Source of the DNA: an uncultured archaeon
GTDB lineage: Archaea > Asgardarchaeota > Thorarchaeia > Thorarchaeales > Thorarchaeaceae
Direction: 5' to 3'
Assembly: GCA_964354495.1 (NCBI GenBank)
Contig: CAYHAA010000012.1
Span: forward strand, 60,001 to 92,000
Length of the DNA stretch: 32,000 bases
Of this stretch, positions 1-8,353 are shown one piece after another; within the stretch, counting starts at the first letter, position 1, and each line of letters starts with the position of its first letter. The translations under genes were made by a program, and so were the position numbers. Below the pieces are notes generated by a model. It had not been told where the DNA came from and searched no databases. It worked only from the letters and a program-made list of their open reading frames with translations.

Positions 1-598
1 CATACCGCTCCCTCTGGTCATGATGTTCATAGGGATTACAGGGCTCCCAATTGTCATCATCTTCTCTCTTACGCAGATCATATTACTCGCCACACTTGGA
101 TCGTTCATGGGAGCTGTGTACGGGGGCAAGACATCAGCGCCGCTGAAAATCGTGAAGGATGCGCTCATGTTTCCGCCCTTTCTGGCAGCGATCATCGCAC
201 TGATCTTGTTCTCGATGCGAGTTCAATTGACAGGAGACCTTTCATTCGTACTCTCGTTTGCGGGTCCAATAACAACGTATCTTGCGTTGGTTTCAGTGGG
301 TGTTGGCGTAGGAGTGCGATTCTCACTTGTTGACATAAGGGCTGCCCTAGAAGTCGTAGGAATAAGGCAGATACTGGTACCCCTCATCACGATACCAGTT
401 ATCCTTCTCTCGGGGCTATCACATCTGCCCACGGTTATCATCATTCTTGAGGCTCTGATGCCACCAGCAGTCCTTACTGTCATCTACGCTACGAGCTTTG
501 GGCTTGACGCCGAAAAGGCCGCGACTATTGTGACTGTTGGCACCCTATTCCTCCTGCCAATTATCCCAGCCATACCTTTTCTCCTGGGATACCCCTAG
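1..598 (+). CDS. AEC (auxin efflux carrier/malate permease) family transporter, 5'-truncated by the window
   Basis: The frame is open from base 2. The product is multi-TM hydrophobic with the AEC C-terminal pattern 'ILEALMPPAVLTVIYATSFGLDAEKAATIVTVGTL'. Confidence 0.8.
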   Translation, partial: IPLPLVMMFIGITGLPIVIIFSLTQIILLATLGSFMGAVYGGKTSAPLKIVKDALMFPPFLAAIIALILFSMRVQLTGDLSFVLSFAGPITTYLALVSVGVGVGVRFSLVDIRAALEVVGIRQILVPLITIPVILLSGLSHLPTVIIILEALMPPAVLTVIYATSFGLDAEKAATIVTVGTLFLLPIIPAIPFLLGYP

Positions 599-647
599 GC
601 GCAATCTGAAGGCATATATCGAAGTCACGGGAACAACATGATGAGTT

Positions 648-971
648 GTGTCAGTCTTGAGCAAACGCGAGTCAAAAAAGGAGCCTGCCAAAATCAAAGA
701 GTCCCTTGATGACTTGGTCCAGAAGTTGGAGCAAGACAGTTCTTCCAGCACGAGTTGGAATGATTCAGTCGCATCCAACAGAGAGGACTGGGAGCATATC
801 AAGAGCCAGATTCATGAACGTCAGAGGGCGTTGAAGCAGCTCGTGACCAATAAGAAAGCAGGACTGGTGGGGGTCGATGAATTCGAGGAGAAGTATCGGA
901 AGCTACAGGATGAGCTTGCTGAACTTGAGACAGCCATCTATAACTTGCGCCTTGGTACTGATGTTAAGTAG
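648..971 (+). CDS. Small hypothetical coiled-coil protein (107 aa)
   Basis: GTG start with an AT-rich 'CATATAT' element upstream. Heptad-rich helices and a SHOCT-like 'KKAGLVGVDEFEEKYRKL' segment. Confidence 0.6.
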   Translation: MSVLSKRESKKEPAKIKESLDDLVQKLEQDSSSSTSWNDSVASNREDWEHIKSQIHERQRALKQLVTNKKAGLVGVDEFEEKYRKLQDELAELETAIYNLRLGTDVK

Positions 972-982
972 TCTTGATTGAG

Positions 983-2038
983 CTACTCTGCTCGAGCTCT
1001 CAGAATCAAGATGATTGTTTCGATTGTCACCACTATTCCGAGAGAAGCGACGAGGACTATTAGTCCAACGTTCACCGTCTCACTGTTAGTGCCCCCAGAT
1101 CTACCCTCTAAACCGGATACGAGGGCTCCAAGATTGAAGGTCATTAGGGAGAAGTAATCCAATTGAGCAAAGAACAGAGTCTTCCACCAGATCAGTATCC
1201 CTCCGTAGTCCGCCTGAAGTTGGTAAGCGAATTCGCCTCCTGCTTGGAATTGTGCAACATCAGAGCCAATGATTAGTTCAACTGTACGATTCCGTAGTGC
1301 ATTCTGGACTTCCAAGAGTTTGGCTCCGGAAATCGTGATACTTTCTACTACAAGAACAGTATCACACTGGATTCCGAATGCCTCAGCAACATATGCCTCT
1401 GCAGGGAAAACCGCAATGGCTCGCATATTTGAGAAACCTTGTGTCTCATCCAGTGAATCTATGAGTGACTGGAGATCATCCATCTTCTGAATAAATGACT
1501 CAAAATTGAAATTCCATGACTCGCTGAGAGTTACGTTCAATATTGAGAGTGCTGCACGCGTTGCATTGGCAATTGCAATAGCATTCCTAGGCAAGAGCCA
1601 GTATGCATGAGGATTGCCTCCCTGGCCATCGAGTTCCATCCCACCAGGCAAAGGTGAGAGCGCAGCGCCGTACTCATCATAGTTCTCCAAAGCAATCCCG
1701 TCATGCAGTGTTATGAACGGCGTTGCTGTTTCATTGGCAATATCCTCTTCCCAATGGAAGTGTCCTGTGAAAACCAATAGATCAGCGGCCTCTGCAATAG
1801 CCAAGACTGCAGGATTGACTGTGAATGAGTGTGGATCTGCTTCCTGCTCCATAAGGATAGATACTCTGACCAGTGATCCTCCAATCTCTTCTACAATACC
1901 TGCAAGCGAAGCAACAGACACAGCAACTTCATACACGGGTTGAACCTGTGCTTGAACATCCAGGGTTATCCCGCTAGTGACGAGAGGTACCACTAGCAAC
2001 AGTAATGAAAGAAGTATGGTCTTTCTGTGCCTAAGCAT
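983..2038 (-). CDS. Cluster A-I (ZnuA/TroA/PsaA-like) metal ABC substrate-binding protein with N-terminal signal peptide and C-terminal TM anchor
   Basis: Motifs 'EADPHSF' and 'GNPHAYWLLPRNA', with hydrophobic N- and C-terminal segments. I prefer the ATG at 2038, which has GGTGA upstream, over the ORF-track TTG at 2077. Confidence 0.88.
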   Translation of the reverse strand: MLRHRKTILLSLLLLVVPLVTSGITLDVQAQVQPVYEVAVSVASLAGIVEEIGGSLVRVSILMEQEADPHSFTVNPAVLAIAEAADLLVFTGHFHWEEDIANETATPFITLHDGIALENYDEYGAALSPLPGGMELDGQGGNPHAYWLLPRNAIAIANATRAALSILNVTLSESWNFNFESFIQKMDDLQSLIDSLDETQGFSNMRAIAVFPAEAYVAEAFGIQCDTVLVVESITISGAKLLEVQNALRNRTVELIIGSDVAQFQAGGEFAYQLQADYGGILIWWKTLFFAQLDYFSLMTFNLGALVSGLEGRSGGTNSETVNVGLIVLVASLGIVVTIETIILILRARAE

Positions 2039-2098
2039 AATCTCACCAGAACTTCTATTGCTCCAGAATTCAGTCAAGCATGACGCTCTTTCTGAAAT

Positions 2099-2128
2099 GT
2101 TATTAAGGATTATGAAATAGTTACTAAC
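2099..2128. promoter_or_regulatory. Candidate NikR-type operator in the divergent promoter (GTTATTAA-N14-TTACTAAC; core TTATTA-N16-TACTAA)
   Basis: Imperfect inverted repeat (7 of 8 positions pair) whose core has the 6-16-6 geometry of the E. coli NikR operator (GTATGA-N16-TCATAC). It lies between the SBP gene and the nikR-like gene. Confidence 0.55.
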
Positions 2129-2154
2129 TCAAGTGTACAGGTCACAGGGTGTTA

Positions 2155-2556
2155 ATGATGCCGATTATTGCCATCTCCATGCCTGATTCTGATCTTAATC
2201 AGTTAGAACTCCTTCAGAACGAAGGACGGTTTTCAAATAGGTCCGAGGTTGTTCGGCATGCAGTACAGAATCTAATGTCTGAACATCGGACTCTTGAACA
2301 GGCAGAAGGAGCGGTAACAGCTGTCTTCACGGCAGTCTACCATAATAAGGGCCAAGGCAATGACGTAAGCGCGGTTCAACATGAGTTTAGAGAATACCTC
2401 ACAGCTACCGTTCATGCTCATACAAGAGATGGTAACTGCACAGAGGTGATGATTGTGGATGCGGATGCCGACATAGTCCGCGCCTTCTTCAAGAGACTGA
2501 GATCACAAAAGAAAGTACTCAAAGTCGATATCAACTTGATTGGAGGTAGCAAGTAA
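2155..2556 (+). CDS. nikR: NikR-family ribbon-helix-helix metalloregulator
   Basis: N-terminal RHH ('IIAISMP...FSNRSEVVRHAV') and a C-terminal ACT-like domain with 'QHE...VHAHTRDGNCTEV', equivalent to the H76/H87/H89/C95 Ni site of E. coli NikR. Confidence 0.8.
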   Translation: MMPIIAISMPDSDLNQLELLQNEGRFSNRSEVVRHAVQNLMSEHRTLEQAEGAVTAVFTAVYHNKGQGNDVSAVQHEFREYLTATVHAHTRDGNCTEVMIVDADADIVRAFFKRLRSQKKVLKVDINLIGGSK

Positions 2557-3359
2557 TGGAAGCATCTCTACTTATTGAAGCGCATAATCTAGCTGTCAGA
2601 TATCCCAATGGAGAGCTTGCTCTTCACAATGTATCCTTCTCGATAAAATCACCCAGTTTCTTAGCAATTATCGGGCCCAATGGATCGGGCAAGTCAACGC
2701 TCATCAAGGCTGCCCTTGGTCTAATCAAGCCGACTCAGGGCACAGTCAGCGTTCTGGGTCATGACTCAGTCAAGCATGCCAGCAAGATACGAAAGCAAGT
2801 CAGATATGTTCCTCAAAGGGATAGGATTGAGCTGGCAGTGCCCATGAAGGTAAAGGACATCGTGCTCATGGGTAGATTGCTCAAGAAGCTCCCACCACGA
2901 ATCGCATCTTCAAAGGATAAGGAGGTGGCACTGGACGCACTTCGCCAAGTGAATATGGAAGCGCTTTGGAACCGCCCGTTCCCGGAACTCTCTGGCGGTC
3001 AACGTCAGAGAGTGCTCGTGGCTCGAGCGCTGGCTGGAGAAGGGTCTGTCCTTGTGCTTGATGAACCTCTTGCTGGCACAGATGCAGAGAGCCAGGACCT
3101 CATTGTTGACGCGCTAGGGCGATATCGTCGTGACAATGATGTCAGCATCATCATGATTACTCATGACCTGAATCCAATTCACACGATGGTACATGACGTC
3201 CTTCTTCTGAAGAATACAGTCATCGGAGTAGGAGAGCCCTGCTCCATAATGGAGCCCGAACTGATCAAGAGTGTGTATGGGCCCACAGCTAAGATTGTGG
3301 AGTACTCTGGACACAGATACTGTCTAACGCGTGACTCAGGATTTGATCGACATGATTGA
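2556..3359 (+). CDS. Metal ABC transporter ATP-binding subunit (ZnuC/TroB-like)
   Basis: Walker A 'GPNGSGKST', signature 'LSGGQRQR', Walker B 'VLVLDEP', H-loop 'ITHD', and 'YVPQR...PMKVKDIVLMG'. Confidence 0.92.
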   Translation: MEASLLIEAHNLAVRYPNGELALHNVSFSIKSPSFLAIIGPNGSGKSTLIKAALGLIKPTQGTVSVLGHDSVKHASKIRKQVRYVPQRDRIELAVPMKVKDIVLMGRLLKKLPPRIASSKDKEVALDALRQVNMEALWNRPFPELSGGQRQRVLVARALAGEGSVLVLDEPLAGTDAESQDLIVDALGRYRRDNDVSIIMITHDLNPIHTMVHDVLLLKNTVIGVGEPCSIMEPELIKSVYGPTAKIVEYSGHRYCLTRDSGFDRHD

Positions 3360-4308
3360 TATAATTCAGGTCATCTTGACTAGTCCCTTTCTTCAGCGAG
3401 CATTGCTTGCAGCTATCCTCATTGCTGTCATAGCTGCGGCAAGTGGAACTTTCCTAGTGTTTAGAGGACTCTCGTTCATGGCTTCCGGAGTCGCTCACGC
3501 GGCACTTGGAGGAACTGCACTTGGAATATTCCTTCAAGAATCCGGACTCGTTCCTTGGTTTGATCCTGTTCTTGGAGCGCTGCTATTCAGTGTCCTTGTA
3601 GCCATTTTCACAGGATATGCCGGAGAATCTGGTGTCACACAGAAGATGGAGGTTGCAGTTGGTGTATCCTTCGCCCTCTCGATGAGTCTTGCAGTCTTTT
3701 TGATGTACTACATACCTCCCTACAGAGTCCCTCAAATATGGGGATACCTAGTTGGTGATATCCTTCTTCTCAACAACTTTGACATCATCATGCTGACAAG
3801 CACAGCCTTTCTCCTTGGAGTAATCACTCTGATGTTCAACAAGGAATTCGTCTATGTCAGCGTGGATATGGAAGGGTCGGTCGCCCATGGTATGAATGCT
3901 CGGGGTTATCATTATCTCATGCTTATCGTTTCGGCTCTAGCCATCGCACTTGCTACCAAAGCAGTAGGTGCGATTCTTGTCTACGCCATACTGGTTGCTC
4001 CTGCAGCGGCATCCAATGAGCTTGTAAAGTCAGTCAGAGGGGTGATTTTCTCAGTGTTCATGATTGCCCTTATTGCAGAGCTCGTTGGGATATCAGCTTC
4101 ATTCGTTGTCTATGTTTCCCCCAGCGCAATTGCCGGCATATTGGCAGCTCTCTCGTATGTTCTTGCTCTCCAAATAAAACGAGTGAGAGACCGATTAAGA
4201 ACAGAACTTCCAGAGGTTGAGTTTCGACCAGAGGATGTCACTGAGCCGCTCAATCCGTCCGTTGCCGATGTGCATACGCACAATGATGGGTCATCTCATG
4301 ATGCATAG
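3352..4308 (+). CDS. Metal ABC transporter permease (ZnuB/TroC-like, ABC-3 family)
   Basis: Motifs 'RGLSFMASGVAHAAL', 'YLVGDIL', 'FNKEFVYVSVD' and 'VGAILVYAILVAPAA'. The ATG at 3352 overlaps the stop of the ATPase gene. Confidence 0.92.
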   Translation: MIDIIQVILTSPFLQRALLAAILIAVIAAASGTFLVFRGLSFMASGVAHAALGGTALGIFLQESGLVPWFDPVLGALLFSVLVAIFTGYAGESGVTQKMEVAVGVSFALSMSLAVFLMYYIPPYRVPQIWGYLVGDILLLNNFDIIMLTSTAFLLGVITLMFNKEFVYVSVDMEGSVAHGMNARGYHYLMLIVSALAIALATKAVGAILVYAILVAPAAASNELVKSVRGVIFSVFMIALIAELVGISASFVVYVSPSAIAGILAALSYVLALQIKRVRDRLRTELPEVEFRPEDVTEPLNPSVADVHTHNDGSSHDA

Positions 4309-4350
4309 GATTGCATCGTCTATCTCATCATCTTCTGGCCAAAACGAAGA

Positions 4351-4393
4351 CAAGGGTCCAGTCTCTGATTGTGAATCAGGCTGGACGACCTTG
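4351..4393. other. Strong intergenic inverted repeat (about 18-bp hairpin) after the metal ABC operon
   Basis: CAAGG-GTCCAGT-ct-CTGATT-gtg-AATCAG-GCTGGAC-ga-CCTTG pairs as 5+7+6 bp. No U-tract follows. Confidence 0.5.
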
Positions 4394-4457
4394 AGTCTGT
4401 CGCTATCTTTAAGAGTGATACATTAACCCTCGATTTTCAAGGTCGGAGTGAACAACA

Positions 4458-4856
4458 GTGAGCGATGATGTTCCAGAAAGACGCGAAGTGATACGCTCTA
4501 CAGTGATTACTTTGGTACTCACGGTTGTATTCTTGATTCTAGGATTTACTTTTTGGGTATGGTCCTCGCCTGCCATCATTGAGACCAGCCCGATTGGCAT
4601 ACTCGACGATATGAATCCATTTGTCACTATCCTGCTTGAGTCACTCACGATGGTTGGGATATTCATATTCCTCTCGGTCACTGTGATTAACCTGAAGCTC
4701 TTCACATCTGGAGTGAGAGCCGGCTGGTTTGAAGTGATAGTAGTCTTCATTATAGTCACAGCAATGGCTTGGCTCATGTTTGGATCCGCAGTGGGTGCCA
4801 CCACTACACTACTCTCTCTCGGATTCATCGTGTATCTCTATTGGCTCCAACAGTGA
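4458..4856 (+). CDS. Hypothetical membrane protein (about 4 TM)
   Basis: 132 aa with four hydrophobic stretches. GTG start after GGAGTGA, with a TTTAAG TATA-like element near 4409. Confidence 0.7.
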   Translation: MSDDVPERREVIRSTVITLVLTVVFLILGFTFWVWSSPAIIETSPIGILDDMNPFVTILLESLTMVGIFIFLSVTVINLKLFTSGVRAGWFEVIVVFIIVTAMAWLMFGSAVGATTTLLSLGFIVYLYWLQQ

Positions 4857-5077
4857 TATCATCAATATCAGTCAGCAGGAAGGGAACCGGTGTTGCTAGG
4901 CTGATAGACCAGAAGCTTTATGTGGCTAGGTCGGGGAATTGCCTTTGAGCCCAGGCAGTATAACAGCTTAGGGCTGACTACAAAGGAGTCTTTACAATCC
5001 CCTGGAACTGTCAGGCGATGCCCACTTGTGGGTTCTGGCTTCCGGTGAGTTCTAATGACTACTTGGAGGAATACATT

Positions 5078-5812
5078 GTGTTTGGAATCTCTGGTGCTGG
5101 TTATGATATGAGTACCAGCATCTTCAGCCCTGATGGGAGAATATTCGCCGCCGAATACGCGAAGAAGGCAGTAGAACAGGGGGCAACTTCGATTGGGGTC
5201 CTTGTAAACGAGGGGGTCACTCTCGTTACAGAGAAGAGAATCGAACCTCTTCAGGAGCCCGACAGTGTTGAGAAGATAGCAAAGATAGATGACCACATTG
5301 GCACAGCTACATCGGGTCTGATGGCGGATGCGCGCAGGCTTCTATATGAGGCCAGAATTAAGGCACAATCATACTGGCTCACCTACGAAGAACCTGTTCC
5401 TGCAGAGGTCATTGCTGAACACATATGCAACAAGAAGGCAGAGTTCACTCAGGGCGGTGGTGCCCGACCCTACGGTGTAGCCATGATAATCGGGTCTGTT
5501 GACTTTGACAACTCACCACGACTCTTTGTGACTGACCCTGTTGGCACGTACTGGGGCTTTCTAGCTGCAGTAATCGGCAAAGGTACGGCAAGGGCAGGCG
5601 AATTCCTTGAGAAGAACTACTCAAGAGAGAAATCACTATCTGACGCAATCAAACTGGCACTTGGTGCACTTCGCGAAGCAACTGAGCGTGACCTCTCAGC
5701 GCACAATGTTGAGATTGCCAAGATACCATTGGCGACACGCAAGTTTGAGAAGCTCTCTCGTGCTGAGATTGACGCGTTTCTGAATCCTCCCAAGCCTGGG
5801 AAGAAGCATTAG
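5078..5812 (+). CDS. psmA: Proteasome subunit alpha
   Basis: Motifs 'AGYD...FSPDGR...EYA', 'EKIAKIDDHIG..TSGLMADARRL' and 'RPYGVAMIIG'. GTG at 5078 has SD GGAGGA at 5065-5070; the ORF-track start at 5018 is over-extended. Confidence 0.97.
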   Translation: MFGISGAGYDMSTSIFSPDGRIFAAEYAKKAVEQGATSIGVLVNEGVTLVTEKRIEPLQEPDSVEKIAKIDDHIGTATSGLMADARRLLYEARIKAQSYWLTYEEPVPAEVIAEHICNKKAEFTQGGGARPYGVAMIIGSVDFDNSPRLFVTDPVGTYWGFLAAVIGKGTARAGEFLEKNYSREKSLSDAIKLALGALREATERDLSAHNVEIAKIPLATRKFEKLSRAEIDAFLNPPKPGKKH

Positions 5813-5829
5813 GAGTTGACTGCAAATTG

Positions 5830-6555
5830 ATGAGCGGCGGAGATAGGAGAATTGGCGAAACTTGGCTTGATCTTGATGCTGTTGTTGTTAGTCTTAAGAA
5901 GGGGCCCAATCGGTTTGAGCTGTTTGTTGACCCTGATCTTGCCTTCAAGTACAGACGTGGAGAAGAGGTCCCGCTTGAGGACATACTCAAGTCCTATATT
6001 GTATACGAAGATGCGAGGAGAGGTGACCATGCCTCAGAGAGCCTTTTCGAGGATGCATTTGGATCCTCTGAAATCTTTGAGATTGCTCCTCAGATTATCA
6101 AGAAGGGAGAGTTCAAGCTCACTCACGAGCAGCGAGTTCAGCTTGTGCATGAGAAGACGGAAACCATCGTTAATCACATTGCGAAGCGTGCGATGAACCC
6201 TCAGACGGGCCATCCTCATCCACCTGACAGGATTCGTCAGGCTCTTGAGGAGGCAAAGGTGCAGGTCGACCCTTTCATCAATGTTGATGAACAGATTCCC
6301 AACGTGGTCAAGGCACTGAGAGTCATCATTCCAATATCCTTTGAGAGCGTTAAGCTGCAAATCACCATACCTGCAGCACACTCTGGAAAGGGATACAATT
6401 TGGTTTCAAATGCAGGAGTCATCAAGTCAGAGTCGTGGAATCTCGATGGCTCATGGACCGGTCTGGTTGAGCTTCCTGCCCAGAAGAGACAAGAGCTCTA
6501 TGACGAGTTGAATAGGCTGACAAAGGGTCAGATCCGTATTGAAGTTGTTAGATAA
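5830..6555 (+). CDS. sdo1: Ribosome maturation factor SBDS/Sdo1
   Basis: Motifs 'LKKGPNRFELFVDPD' and 'NPQTGHPHPPDRIRQALEEAK', in the canonical position between psmA and rrp4. Confidence 0.95.
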   Translation: MSGGDRRIGETWLDLDAVVVSLKKGPNRFELFVDPDLAFKYRRGEEVPLEDILKSYIVYEDARRGDHASESLFEDAFGSSEIFEIAPQIIKKGEFKLTHEQRVQLVHEKTETIVNHIAKRAMNPQTGHPHPPDRIRQALEEAKVQVDPFINVDEQIPNVVKALRVIIPISFESVKLQITIPAAHSGKGYNLVSNAGVIKSESWNLDGSWTGLVELPAQKRQELYDELNRLTKGQIRIEVVR

Positions 6556-6613
6556 CTGAATCCCGTTAGAGGAATAATGAAGATTGAAATTAGATTACAG
6601 AGGGAACGAATAA

Positions 6614-7537
6614 TTGGCAATATACTTTCGAAAACGTGAAGTTGTTGTGCCTGGGCAGCTGCTTGCAGAAGGCAGATACAGACCGTCCTATGGCACGTAT
6701 GACGAAAATGGCAAGATCTACTCTACACTTGTTGGATTAGCTGAGCTTAGAGGCAACACTGTCAAGGTTGTTGCGCTGGAGGGTGCTTACATCCCAAAGG
6801 AAGGTGATTTGGTAGTTGGCATCATCACATCAGTTGCAGGAAATAACTGGAAAGTGGATATCGGTGGTCCCTACGGAGCATCTTTACACGCAAATAATGC
6901 GCTGAGACGCCCCTACTCCGATGATATTTCCGAGTACATGGATATTGGTGATGTGATAGCCGCTGAAGTGCTTGCTTTTGACAGGCAAATTGGTCCATTC
7001 CTCTCAATGAAGGGAAGAGGCCTACGAGTCCTAGAAAAAGGGATGCTCCTTGATGTTAGCCCAGCAAAGATACCACGGATTATTGGTAGAAGAGGGTCAA
7101 TGATTAACATGATTACGGATCACCTGAGGATACAGACAATGGTTGGTCAGAATGGACGCATCTGGATAAGAGCGCCAGATATTGTGTCATTGCGGTTGGC
7201 AATCAAAGCCATCAAGACTATTGAAACTCAGGCACATACATCCAACCTGACTGAAAGAATCAATACGATGCTTGCCGCAGAGGTAGCACAGCTTCGTCCT
7301 GCTGCTCCCTCCAAGAAGGCTGGAAAGAAGACCGAGGGAAAAGCTGGGGCTGAGTTCGCCGAAATCGAGCAATTTGCTGATGAAGGTGATGAAACCGTTG
7401 AAGCTGTAGAGAATGATCGAGATTTGGAACCTGATACGGAGGATTATCCTGACGAGGAATCAGAAACTACAGCTTTTGATGACGCTGAAGATGAATCAGA
7501 CGATACAGTTGAAAATGAGGAAGTGAAAAAGAAATGA
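6614..7537 (+). CDS. rrp4: Exosome RNA-binding subunit Rrp4 (S1+KH) with long acidic C-terminal tail
   Basis: Motifs 'VVVPGQLL', 'YIPKEGDLVVGII' and the KH motif 'PAKIPRIIGRRGSMI'. TTG start. Confidence 0.95.
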   Translation: MAIYFRKREVVVPGQLLAEGRYRPSYGTYDENGKIYSTLVGLAELRGNTVKVVALEGAYIPKEGDLVVGIITSVAGNNWKVDIGGPYGASLHANNALRRPYSDDISEYMDIGDVIAAEVLAFDRQIGPFLSMKGRGLRVLEKGMLLDVSPAKIPRIIGRRGSMINMITDHLRIQTMVGQNGRIWIRAPDIVSLRLAIKAIKTIETQAHTSNLTERINTMLAAEVAQLRPAAPSKKAGKKTEGKAGAEFAEIEQFADEGDETVEAVENDRDLEPDTEDYPDEESETTAFDDAEDESDDTVENEEVKKK

Positions 7538-8352
7538 GTCCAGAAACAAAACCCGATTATCTGATTAGTCCAGAGGGTTTGAGGGTCGATGGTCGACGAC
7601 CTGATGAGTTACGACCAGTTGAGCTGAAAGTTGGTGTTTTGAAGCAAGCCGATGGTTCTGCATCAATCCGACAGGGAAAAACATACATCATTGCAGGAGT
7701 CTACGGACCAAGGGAACTACACCCGAGACATCTTGCACTGAACGATAAAGCATACCTTAGAGTAGTCTACAGGATGGCTACTTTCTCAGTTCCTGACAGA
7801 AAGAAGCCGGCTCCCTCTCGAAGGGAAAAGGAAATCTCAATGGTAATTGCTAATGCGTTGAGTCCTGCACTGTTCTTGGAAGAATTTCCACGTGCAGTGA
7901 TTGACGTATTCATACAAGTCATTCAAGCTGACGGAGGTACCCGCTGTGCATCGATCAACGCTGCATCACTAGCGCTTGCAGATGCAGGAATCCCGATGAG
8001 GAGTTTAGTTCCGGCCGTAGCTGTTGGCAAGGCTGATGGCGTAATCATTGTGGATCTTGGCGATGAGGAAGACAAACATGGTCAGGGAGATGTTCCGATA
8101 GCGATTCTACCCCCAACTGACGAAATCACACTCCTGCAACAGGATGGTTTCTTCACTCGTGAGGAGCTTCTGGAAGCGATTCAGATGGGTATTAGCTCCT
8201 GCAAGTACCTGCACGAACTTCAGAAAGACGCTCTGAAGAGAGCATATGTCCGGAAGACCCCCAGCGGCGAGCCTGTTGGAGATGAAGATGAGTTTGAGGA
8301 CGACCTCGAAACGGACTTGGGCGAGGCCGACATGCCAGAGGAGGATGAGTGA
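7534..8352 (+). CDS. rrp41: Exosome catalytic subunit Rrp41 with acidic tail
   Basis: Motifs 'RVDGRRPDELRP', 'AGVYGPRELHPRH', phosphate-binding 'ADGGTRCAS' and catalytic 'DLGDEED'. Confidence 0.97.
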   Translation: MSPETKPDYLISPEGLRVDGRRPDELRPVELKVGVLKQADGSASIRQGKTYIIAGVYGPRELHPRHLALNDKAYLRVVYRMATFSVPDRKKPAPSRREKEISMVIANALSPALFLEEFPRAVIDVFIQVIQADGGTRCASINAASLALADAGIPMRSLVPAVAVGKADGVIIVDLGDEEDKHGQGDVPIAILPPTDEITLLQQDGFFTREELLEAIQMGISSCKYLHELQKDALKRAYVRKTPSGEPVGDEDEFEDDLETDLGEADMPEEDE

Positions 8353-8353
8353 A

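Noticed and set aside
4923-5010. Resemblance to the SRP RNA Alu 5' end or a tRNA cloverleaf
   Set aside because: No downstream S-domain helix 8 and no room for a 300-nt RNA. There is no T-loop TTCRA, D-loop GG or canonical arm spacing.
4881-5030. Cobalamin-riboswitch-like words (AGGGAACCGGTG, CCCCTGGAACTGTCA, GCCCACT)
   Set aside because: The first two motifs are about 105 nt apart rather than about 15-20, the local P4/P5 pairings and the 3' B12 box are missing, and the downstream gene is psmA.
5015-5062. Fluoride-riboswitch-like words (GGCGATG ... CTAATGAC)
   Set aside because: The P1 partner (CGCC) and the pseudoknot pairing are absent, and there is no fluoride-related gene downstream.
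5078-5170. PsmA 'RIFAAEYA' differs from the usual 'RLFQVEYA'
   Set aside because: The gate residues (YD, P, Y) and the activator-pocket Lys ('EKI') are retained, so this is probably ordinary divergence.
4409-5296. Minus-strand ORFs 4409-4828 and 4868-5296, and the many similar 60-140 aa overlapping ORFs across the window
   Set aside because: They lie antisense to or out of frame within well-supported genes and show no motifs or SD support.
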